Below, one piece after another: positions 25,701 to 37,700 of a stretch of 64,000 bases of DNA (the first letter of the stretch is position 1; the number at the start of each line of letters is the position of its first letter). The position numbers were made by a program, and so were the translations under genes. Below the pieces are notes generated by a model that had not been told where the DNA came from, did no database searches, and worked only from the letters and a program-made list of their open reading frames with translations. Source of the DNA: Phoronis australis (Eukaryota > Animalia > Phoronida); contig NMRA01000414.1 in assembly GCA_002633005.1 (NCBI GenBank), positions 62,001 through 126,000 of the forward strand. The letters run 5' to 3'.

Positions 25701-28700
25701 ATCTTTCATGCTATAAGTCTATATTCGATGCATTTGTAGCTCACATCAATTTTTTTGGTATTTGGTTATTGTTTATTCATCACACTCATACTAGAATCAT
25801 GCTGTAGAAGGCTGGTCCTTTCATCACACTCATACTAGAATCATGCTGTAGAAGGCTGGTCCTTTCATCACACTCATACTAGAATCATGCTGTAGAAGGC
25901 TGGTCCTTTCATCACACTCATAGTAGAATCATGCTGTAGAAGGCTGGTCCTTTCAATTACAGTGAGCTCAAATGTCAGTTCTGTTTTCCGTCCTATTGGT
26001 TAAAAGTTACCAAGTTTTACGTGATGTCGCCAGATGTTTGTGAGCCGACAACCATCCCATAATGCATTCGAGAAATGGCAGCATTACCGTAGATGAAGTT
26101 CCCCACCAATGCCAAGGCACAAAGTATAAGGAGAACGCCACTCTGCCCGTATCGCAAGAGTTATGTGCCTGTATGAGTAAAGCTAAGCATATTGCCGAGG
26201 TGATAATTCTTCTTTGATAGTGCTTTTTCAAGCCTCACCCCGGTGCACTTGTGCCGGAACAAATTTATAAAATGCAACTTGTTAATAACTCTGAACAGTG
26301 TCATTTTAAGTTTAATAGACACCGGACATCTGCACCTGATGATCTTGTTCTTTGGGCAAGTACCTCTATTGACAACTATTGAAACAAAAGTATTCTGTTA
26401 CTGTACATACCCTATAAACTTACAGATCAAGGTTTTGAGAGGAAATCTGCCCTGTCTGTTGTGGACTTGGTTAACAGTGACAGTACTTAGTACTATCTTT
26501 CATACTGGATTAAGCGCTGATTTTAACACATTTCAACATACTGTAAAAGAGAACATGTTTCATCAGTTCACCTCTAGCATCAAAGTTGTGCTAAACAGTC
26601 TCAGAATGATGATAATGACCATTTTGTAAATCTAATTCCAAATGTATCCGTATGAGAGGAAAGGTAATTCATTTGCCCTGTTATTGATTTTTCTAGAAAT
26701 ATTCAACTCTCTAACATCAATAGGAAACCGTGACTAGCCATTGTATGTTTGAAATTTAATGTTCATGTACTGTATTTGTATCAAATACACTTCTGATCTG
26801 TCATAGCCACAAGGTGTCTCTTACCAGTTGTCAATGGCGACAACAGTGTGTTTACACTGTCATCCAATCCCAGTCTTTTATCTGCACTTCAAGCTATTTG
26901 CTATAGATTGCCAGGAGGGCAGACACTGTCTAAGCTTGCTTTTGTATACTAGAAACTGACGTACAAAACATAGCCAAGACTAAGTGTATGCCAATACTCA
27001 GAACTGCATTTGTGCACTGGGGATTGCCTGTGAAAATGAAACATCTCTGTTGAATTAATACTTAGCTCGAATCTTGTCTTAGTATGATGGAGGAATAAAT
27101 GTGATTAAAATTGTATGTTCAATGTGCAGTGAGAAATGAACTGATAATTACTTATGATGCTTGACTCAAGTTCTGTGGAACATCTGACAGTAGGACAAAA
27201 TATGAATGTTCTTGTGAAAAGTTTTGCCGTTTTATTGAGCAGTGTGTGAATTGTCTCGGTGGGAAATTCATTGATTGATTGTTGATGGCTTCAAACGTTA
27301 GAGCCATCTCTTCTTGGTAATGTATCTATGTTTGGAATTTTGTCAGAACACTACCTTTGTGGTCATGTATTGAAAACAATATTTACTCTGATGTTATCTA
27401 ATCCCTCCACACTCTCTAGCAGTTAAGCCTTCAGTTCATGCCATTCATATTCAAATCACAATACATCACCGTGTTTGTTTTGCCTGTTAAAAGCTTTCGC
27501 TCCGTCAATAGCAGGATATTGTGTTCTATGAAAAAGAGCATTGGGTATGCTCACCTTTGCTTGCCCTAATAAGTTATGACAAGCTGGTCTCCAAGCAGTT
27601 AACAGTTGATAGGTGGCCATAAGTAGTAGTTAGCTGGCATGTAGCTATGTTTAACGACGCGCGATTGGTGATGTGACGGTTTGATTTGCAATGACTCGAC
27701 GCAGCTCAAGTGTGTTAAGTACAAACTTAGCAGTCGACAGAAGGGAGTCGGTGTAAGTTGAGAGTTTTGTTCCAGTGTCAAAATTGTTTTGCGTGGTAAT
27801 TCGTGTTGCTGTCATTCTTCTTCTCCAGCAAACTGTGATGTAACCATTGGTCAATACAATTGCAACACCTGGGTTTACTGTTTATCCAGACAGAGAGAGA
27901 AAAATTCATTTCCAAACCAATTGAAACAAGCTTCACGATGGGGTGGCTAGCAAAGGCTCACATCCCAAAGCCGATCACAAAACTGTTAGCCTTTTTTGTT
28001 TGCATTTGTCAGCTTTAGGAATTGTTCCATGACCAGATATGCACTGGGTGACAGACATGATTCAATTTTTTTTCTGATCTCCCCTCTTCTGGTCCCAACA
28101 GGTTGCATTTTCTCCAGTGCAGTGGTGCTTGATGTCTTTCACAAAATTTGCACTATGAACTGGTCACAGTTTTTTCGCAGGTAGTTGAATTACGTAACAC
28201 GACTCAGTAGTTTAATTATCACGTGTGTAGCGTCTGTACCATAGCTATATCCAAATGATCACTGGTGGGATTGATTGCTTTCATTGTACACATAATTTCA
28301 GCAAAATGTACTAATACTCAATGGAATATGGACTTAGAAGTATGAACATGACTTTGTAATCATACTAGTATGTGTATTAGCCAAGAAAGTGTGGGAACAG
28401 GTAATGTCCCCAACGTTTGGAAACAAATGGTGATGAAAAATTGGAAAGACAAGAATATTTTCGAGCATATGTCCCCAAACCGTAAAATCCAAATCTGCCA
28501 GTGCTTTTAATGCTTTGTTTCATCATCATGAAGGGCAACGTTGGTAACATGTTAGATCGCATGAGTATTTTGGTCAGGAATACCATTGTATAAGTCTCTC
28601 GGCTTATTCTGGCTGTGACCCGGTGTATTTTTGTCTGTTCTAAATGTCTTTCCTTTCTTTCAGGGCTGCCTCCATCGCTGGTGCCGGAAGACAGAAGTTA

Positions 28701-31700
28701 AACATATGGCCTGAATTCAACGACAATGATATCAATGCTGAGAAATGGGTAAGTTGTTGTTCCAGACCTCTGAAATGTGCACCTCAGCCTAATTAGATCC
28801 ACCCATTGCAAATACCCTCCTTTTAAACCCACTAGTAAAAACAGTTCACTGCTAATGCCATTTCATTGATCCGTCATTTTGTTCCTGTTTGCTCACCATT
28901 TCTTAGTAGAAATCCGAGTTCATGGTTTGAGAATGCAGACAAATTTTAGATGCCAGTTGCTGTAAGCATTTGTCCCCGTGGAAACCTTGACAAAAACGTT
29001 GAAACCTGCTCAGCACGTTTTGTTGTTCCTTTATTGCTTCACGAATGTTTTAGAGCAAAAGCAGCTCTGTCGCCGCGGTAAGTGCGTTGCAGCTAAAAAG
29101 GGCGAAAGGAAATGAACAACATAGCTTTGCATGTTTGACACCATGCTTCATCTAATGTTGCTTGCCCACCACTGCTGCAACACCCCTGTTTTGCGCAGTT
29201 TTGGTCATTGGGAAAGTGTAACTCCAGACTGAAACAGCCATCGCAATGGTTCAAAATATGCCCACAAACTTGTGAGTTGCTCTGCTCTCCTGCTGTGGGA
29301 AAAGCTACTGTGAAAGAAGTAATCACAAGGTTTTGATATGCAACACACATTCAATTGTTATTGTGAATTGACTACGCCATCTGGTGTTCAATCCCTAGAA
29401 CTAGTGTGAACTTCAGTGGTGCTACTGGTGAAGAGTTAGTGGGAAAGATAAGTAGAGTTGTGATGGAGTTGCTATACACCGGAGTTTCACAAATGGGAAA
29501 GCGACATTCTTGTAACTTAATATATATTGTGTAGTCTATCTGGAGGTTTTTGATTTTTGCAAAGGTATTCGGTTTTCATTAGCTTACCAAAATATTAACA
29601 ATTGCACACAACACTGGTGGTGTGAAAGCAAAACCAACATTAAATAGGGGATGAGAAATGTTACTTTGTAAAGACATTTTTACCAATTTGAAAAGCATTT
29701 TGAATCTTTTCCACAAAAATGACAGCAGCAAAAATAACAATTCCTCAAACCGTAAGTGTTTTGCAGTGAGCAAGTGATGAAAACATATCCCTCAGTCTGA
29801 GTGAGCTGTTTTCTCACTTTTGGGTTCTTTGAACTGTGCTCCATGCTCAGTTAGATAAACAGTGTTTGAAGGATTACAAACATTTTAAGTCTGGTCTGCA
29901 CGCCACCTGTTGGGCACATCACGTAACCTAATGAACACAAGTTCGAAAAGATTTCTGCCCCCAACCAAGACTAGAACCCAGAACCTTTTGCTAACCGTAC
30001 AGATGCTGTAGCCACTATGTAAATCTTGAAGGATTATTTAATTTTGGTTTTACAGAATTCACTAGATTCAAATGTGTTAAATTTATTAAAAACATTGTCA
30101 AAAGGGTAACATCTCTCTTTATCTATCAATGTAAATTTAGATCCTAAGTGAAATTTGTTGTCAATTTCCTTAGCATAAATGAAAGCTCAGAAAAGATATT
30201 CAAATTTGGCATGGTTTACTGTATTATTTAGCAATGCATGATAAAAATGAGCATTTATGGCAATGCAACGTGGGAAGATTAAGAAATATAAGCAGGAAAA
30301 TTACAATTTTGACTGTATACATTTTGTTCAAATAACAATTGTTGTTAAAATTTAAGTTGCATTTGAAATTAGCTCTTTGGCTGTATAGTATTAGGATCCT
30401 GAGGTAAAACTCTGTCATATAGTCATATTCCATGAACAAAGGCTAATTACAGCTCAAGAAAAAAAATGACGTTTCTAGGTTACACTATGAGTTCTTTGTC
30501 TTCTCGCAAAGTTGTCGGGCATAAAGCGTGCGCTTGAAGTTTCTTGTCGCGTGCACCCTTGACCTGTACTGGTAACAACAACCTCACGCATGAGTGATTA
30601 TGACATTGTTAATATCACCTTGACTGTCATTTGCACGCGGATCCGGATCAATAACCCTGTGTGTGTCTGTTATTAAAAGGGATCTGGTGCGGCTGTTAAG
30701 GTAACCGATCGCTGGCTCCGTGCCACCCTCTCTTGCTTCCTGTCCACTTTTCTCTCCTCTGCACAGTGCCTAAATTTAATTCACTGTCGTGGTATTGGTT
30801 AATTCAAGTTTCGTACCTACTCCGTACATTGCTTTTGTAGACACAGGTCACTCAAGATCTAGAGAGAAGCCTATTTTTTACTTTTCGTATACTTTTCATG
30901 CAAAGCACTGTCAGTTTTGTTCTGTTACTAGGCAACTTTCCTTAAATTAAATGTGCTTGCAATCTTATCTAGCAGCTTTTACTAAACGAGTCTTTCTGGG
31001 AAATTTAACCTTTTCTTTGAATGAAATGTATTCTTTAAAATGTCCATGTGTACATATCTAGTACAGGATGTGTCAAGTTTTATTGGGCAAAATTGCATTT
31101 CCATGTCATGTTAAGTTTGTTTATCAATATGTTTATTCAAGATGGTGAATGTTTTCTATAGTTTCATCGTTTGCCAAGAATCAATTTTTTCCTATCTAGT
31201 TAGTAATGATTTTTATAATGTATCCGTTCTTTAATTTCTGTTCATTCATTCTTAGGAGTTGCGCATGGTAGGTAGCCGATGGTGACACATTGTTAGGACT
31301 GATTATAATTTTATATTTATTGGCTTTCAGAGGCTGTTTTACGTTTCTTGATTGCACTTTTCTGTGTTTTTGGTTAGACGTGAATCAAGTGATGCGTGAT
31401 CGTGGACGATAATCGAGATGTTCGTTTAACTACATTTCGATTTGTTGAAAGTTTAACTTTAAATGCATGAAGAGCAATTTTTCCATTTGCACAATAAATG
31501 AATATCATATATCTTATGAATTTTTACTATGATTTGATGCTTGTTCCTGTATTCTTAAACATGTTTTTAATATTTTTTCTTGCACAGTTAAACAGTCGTA
31601 ATGTCAGCTTAGATAGACGTTGGTACCACGCTGCTAGTTACTATTGTTACCTTTTTTGCATGAGCGAAATGAACAGTCATAAAAGAAGCAAAGTTCATGA

Positions 31701-34700
31701 AATGGTTATCAACTTTGTTTACATACCCCTCTCAAGGGCCTTCATTCTAATGTCAACGCCTCAATGTTTTGGAGAGTGTAGGTTGGTGTCATTGGTTAAT
31801 TTCAATCCAAATTTGCGAGTTAATTTCGCAGTAAATAGATGGATTTAACAGCGCAGCATCAATGCTTCGATGCAGTGTGAAGGATTAACTTCGATGTTTT
31901 TGAAGTTACCAGCAGGTGTCACTGTCAGTAATGGCATTTGTTGTGGCAATGTGTGATAATATTTGTTTCGACTATTCACTGTTCTACCATTGTAAGCACA
32001 TCATTTCATTTCTATCCGACCATAAAAAATTACGCCTGCATGACATTTTTTAAAGCCAACTTTGAGTAATTTTGATGACCCATGATGACGCCTCGTACAC
32101 CATATTATTCATTATGCAGGATGCAGCTCACAAAGGCAAGAAAGAAGACAAAGGAAAGTCTCCAGTTGTAAGTTACGTTCCAAAAGACAAATTTCTTTGG
32201 CTACAAAATCACCATTATTACACTATACTTTTCTTGTCATCATCTTACAAAAAGTCGATCACTGGCCATTACTTAGTCTTATTTGTGTTTCCTTGATGCT
32301 TCTCAAATCCAATAAATTTTAATTCCTTAGTCAACAGCTTGGGATTAACTTGATGAATATTCTCCATGTCAGCTGGCCGCAATCTGTTACCTAGCGATCA
32401 CCTAACTGTTACCTAGCGATGGCTACAGCTCCATTGTTGTGTATATCTAGTGGAGTCCAGACTCATTAATTACTTGCTGATGATGCACGATTGCTTACCT
32501 TGATTGAATGACATATACAATGCTTTTGTGCCATCTTGGGAGTTCACCAACTGTGCGCCTAATTTATAACTCGTTACTGGTCTTCAAAACATTTGAAGCA
32601 GTAGAGCTTGAAGAGTGGTGAATGAATGAGAACTGAGGGATTTCAGTAATCCCAGTCACTCGTAAGACACATGCTGCAAGACGTCTGGGCTTATGCAATG
32701 GAAAGAGAGAACATTATTGGTGCTTATGTTCTATTGTCTCCCATAATGCAATACTCTGATTCAGTCGTGTAGTCTCAGTTAGTGGCAGCTGTTAAGCTTC
32801 TGAGCCCTAGTATGGTCACGAGATTACTCGCAAAACCCTTGCGAGATCTTACACTAGACGAGCTGGATCTTGCATTTCAGGAGCAAGTATTTCAGTTGTG
32901 TAATTTTGCCAAACTGCCAGGATACTCATTTTAATGAGTCATCGAACTGCGATCTCATTTAGGTGCAGCATTTCTTTGAAGACCCAGAAGGAAAGATAGA
33001 GTTGCCGCCTTGTCTCAAGGTCGACCATTGGAAAAGACCCCATGATTTTATATTTGATAAGGTAGGTGTTGCCATGATATTTTCGATTGGGAGTGCGATT
33101 TCAGTTAAGCAGTCCTGGAGCCCGTTCCAAGAAACTGACCTAAGTTCATTTTTTACTTAAGTCTAAGGTTAGTCCAATCTTCCAAGCTTTGAAACTTCCA
33201 TATCTGGTAAGTTAATCAAAATTAAGACAAAACTTGAGTAAAAAACTGAGTCAAACTTGAGATCTCTTTCTTGAAAAGGACTTGAATGAGTTATATTTAA
33301 GTTTTATCTTAAAATGTACTTACATTTAAGATTTCTCTTAGCTAAGTCAGTTTTCCTGGAACAGGCCCATGAGCTAAATTTTCAAGAAAGTGTGACTTTT
33401 CTGGCGAAATATCACTATTTAGATCCTTCTAATGCTAAGGCTGAAAAGGCTTACTTAGTTCATTTTGTTCTAATGCAGTGATGCTTTACTGTCTTTTAAT
33501 TGTTCACTTTTTCATAAATCAACATTCCCGCGACATCAACTCAAGTCTGGTGTGGGTTTTTTCCTCAGCTCAAACCAGCTTCGGCAGTCCAGTGGCACAA
33601 TTGTTTGTACTGGTGTCAATTTGATGAATTGGAGCCAGTGGTTGTCGCCTATGTTTTTATGATAGTAAGGAAGTGATTGTGAATTTACAAACCACTTTGT
33701 TAAAAATACAAGCTTGTGTGCATTTGTGGTTTAGAAAAAGTGATTGAAAACTTTGCTCAAAGTGATGGGGGCGTATGCTTTTTTCTGGTTAAGCAGTGAG
33801 GCACAGGTGTCTAAAGGAATTGGGAAGCGTACCAGGACCAAAATATGCCTTATGGTCTAATGAATAATTTAGATTTGAGTGATATGTACTGGATGTTGAG
33901 CCAAACGTGATTACTATTTGAACCATTATTTTGGTGTTTTTTCTCTTTTCCACAGCGTGTATTTCCCGCAGTCATTTTCATCCATGCCATCTTACCTCGA
34001 CTATTATGCAAACTTTTGCTGTTCCTCAATGAAGAAAAAGTTACTGCCTAAACAAATCATATGGTGTACAGTTGAACAATCCATATTTATCCAGCATCTC
34101 CGGGACATGATATTCGGTATAACCTCTCATTTCTCGGGATGTTTATCTTTACTGAGATCATATGATCACTGGCACTAAATTTGGTGGGATTCTTAACTTT
34201 TTCATTCCTTCTCATACAAAACAAAAACATGTGACTTAAAGTTCCTGCAGTATTTGACAGGGCCAAATCAAGAGTACAGACATTGTCCCATGTCTGTAAA
34301 TAAAGCATCAAAACAAGGGCTTAAACCAGATGTCGTCATCACGGAGTCTTGGGAATTCTGCTCTCTTGACCACAATGCATCACTTGAAACTCGACTTGAA
34401 TGTTATGTTCTTGCAAGGCACACCCTCAGTAAGAAACGTTATCATGATTTTGAGTAGTGCCTCTTGATTAGTTGACTTGTGTCCGCTTTTGTGTAACGTG
34501 CAGTAGTCCTGGACCTGGGGTCTGTTTCGTGAAAAGTTGACATAAGACTCAAGTAAGGAATTTGGACTTGCATTCCACACAACAATTTTTGAAAAATAAT
34601 TAAATCTCATTCTGGCGAAAGTCTCTGACAATACACACATAATTGCTACTTACTTAGATAATTTGTTTAAATTATTTAAGAATTTTATACACTAGGATGC

Positions 34701-37700
34701 TCTCATAATTACTTGGTCGAACCTTATTTCAGCAATTGTAAAGTCATACACCTAATTTCTGTCTTAAGTCTTAAAAAGTTGCTTTTCACGATACAGGCCC
34801 TCAGTATCTACTGCCTGCTTAGGAAGTATCTTGGACATGTATTTCTAATGCTCACCTGTGTTTTTCTGTGCAGACTCCCACCGTGGTGGACCAGGAGGCT
34901 GGTATGCACGTGTTTGACCTACTGCAGGCCAATGAGCACATAACACACAGTGAGGTATGATCCTTAGTTGGATTAGGAAAAGCATAGCCCTGATAATGTA
35001 ACTCTCATTTTGACAAAAACTAAGAATCAAAACAGTTTGAGTTTAATATTCAAACTCAAACTCAAATTTTTCTCCCATGAGAACTAATTAAGAGCAGACG
35101 GATGTTAATATTTTGTCATGAATGAACATGGATGACGTAGAGTTTAATAACATTTGAATGTCTAGTATTCGTTGTGCTCGTGCTCTGTGGAAGTTCAGAG
35201 AATATTTAGTAATAATGGTTAAGTTGCTTCTACTGTTGGTAAAAGAGTGGAATCTTATTGGACTGTTGGCTTGAATGAACTCAAGCATTCTGAATATCGT
35301 TTATAATATCCTTGAAGTCATGTTGAACATAAGAGTAATACCATGTGCGAATTCCCTTGCAGTTGATGCGTTGGATCGTCAGTGAGGTGTCCGCCTTGTG
35401 GCGTATGCACGAGACGAAGCCGACGGGCTCACAGCTGGATAACGCTGAGCTGGGCCTGGGCCCCGATGACATGCTACACACATGGAAACCTTGGGAACAC
35501 ATCTATGCTATTAACAAAGTGGGCAAGGGCCCGTATATACCCGCCTACAACTCCCACGGAAAATATGCTGTCCGTGTATGGTGGCTGGTAAGTTTGCAAC
35601 TTCATTCTAGCTTATTTCTTGATACCACAGCTGCAGTATTCGAAGATTTTGCTGTTTCAAAGAAGTTTGAAATTCACAGTTTTTTTTTAAGTCTGGTTTA
35701 CACGCCACCTGTTGGCCATACATTTCACGTGACCTAATTAACATGGGCCTGAAAAGATTTCTGCACCGACTGGGACTCGAACCCGAGACCTTCTGCTAAC
35801 TTTGCAGACACTCTAGTCCACTGAGCCATCAGGGCCACTGGTCGAACATAGAAATCCAACCAGACTTAGCAGTGGCATCCCGCCCATTAACTCGTTAGTG
35901 TATGTATATCTTGAATCAGTGTGGTTTGAGTTGTAGTAATTTGGCATTATGCTCTGTTCACCAGTTAGAGTATAGTTAGAATATAGTGCAGGTTGATGTT
36001 CAGTGTTTGACAAATCTCAAGTGAAAGCCGAATGAGTCTGAGTCTTGATAGGATTGTGACACAGTCGGTACTCCTGTAACTGGATTACCTCTTTTGTACA
36101 AGTTATCCCATCATAGCCGAATGCGCTGCTCGTCGAATTGGGTGCTTTCTATTCTTTACCTAGTTAATCCTCAATTTCATGGGAGAAAATAACTACAGTC
36201 TAACAATATTGTCAGATGACATTAGGGCGGTTTTACAAAATCCTGAACGAAAGGCTAGTAGTTTTTTGAAGAAATTTTGGTCGCTCACTTACCTGCCAAA
36301 TTGCGATTTATGCAATGGCCGCTAAACCATCGATCGTGAAGGTTTAATTGACTTGAATTCAAGATATGAGTCCAAAATGTCAGATGTTAGACTGGGTATG
36401 TACCAAGACTGGTTGGGTATAAATTTCAAGTAAACCCTTTACTGGTCATTGATAGTGTCTTTTCACCTGAAATCCTGAGTACTCTACCCTAGTGAATACC
36501 TGCCTCAACGTATGATGCCAAATATTAGAATGTCATCAATGTGAGTTCATCTTGCCCTGAAAATTTCGTAACAATCCAAATAACAATTTTAGAGCGTTTT
36601 AGTGACTGCAGCCTGTTATATAAATGTATCTTCAAAATTTATTTGGCACTGAGAAGTGTAGTTCTAACAAAAACTTGACAGTGAAAGAGCTAAGTTGATT
36701 TTCTTGTTTGAAATTATTGATCGCTATGCATTCACATTAAGCGTGTTATTAACACCGTTTGTTAGCGTCCCTTTGTTAGGAAAACTCAGTGCCTTCGCCA
36801 CCTATGGGCATACTAATGAACTAAACAGACTGGCAGTGCATATAAAACTCGGACCATTTGATCACTTCGACATCAACGTTATTCTTGCGTCTTGCAGGGT
36901 TGCTGGCGTAAAGTGATCGTGGATGACTTAATGCCATTTAATGAGGAGAATCAGATGCTTCTACCAGCTAGCACACTACAACATGAACTATGGCCAATGT
37001 TACTTACTAAGGCTCTGGTCAAAGTAGCATCACTGGAGTAAGTATTGTTACTGTTGGACAAAACTGTGACAGGTTGAACAGTTGAAGCGTCTGTGAGCCA
37101 GCCTTCCATCACAAAAACCAAGTTTTGATTTGGAATACTTCCTGGTATGAAATCGATCTGGTATTGTTAATTAGTCAAATTTGCAGTGATTTTAGGGCTT
37201 CAAAAGACACCAACAGTGTGTTATTGCTAGAGTCGAGTTTCTATAACGTGTCAGTTCTTTGCAAACCTAGAAATTGCTTTTAATCTGAGTAAGGAACAAG
37301 TTGAGACTAATTTCGTAGCGATAAGTGGTCTAAATTTAAAGTTCGCTTCTTTGGACGGAACCTGCAAGTTTGTAGCTGCCTTAAGGAAATTGTGGTTTAC
37401 TAAGCAGAGATGGAATATGGGTCGATGCTACTGCCCTCTTGCGGTTAAGTTAGCAACTTTATTTATTGTGCAGAATGTCAAAAGTATACTCGTAAAAGGC
37501 ATTCTCTTGTGCCTGTGTTCTGTCATGCCTTTTTCTGCGAACTAGAAGTATTTCCTTATGCCACTAGGTTGCACTTGAGATAACCAATCACAGTTGCTGT
37601 NCTGTGACAGGTTTAACAGTTGAAGCGTCTGTGAGCCACCCTTCCATCACAAAAACCAAGTTTTGATTTAGAATACTTCCTGGTATGAAATCGATCTGGT

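Noticed and set aside
25776-25955. Possible CRISPR array
   Set aside because: Head-to-tail 44-bp units with no unique spacers, in a eukaryotic intron; it is a minisatellite.
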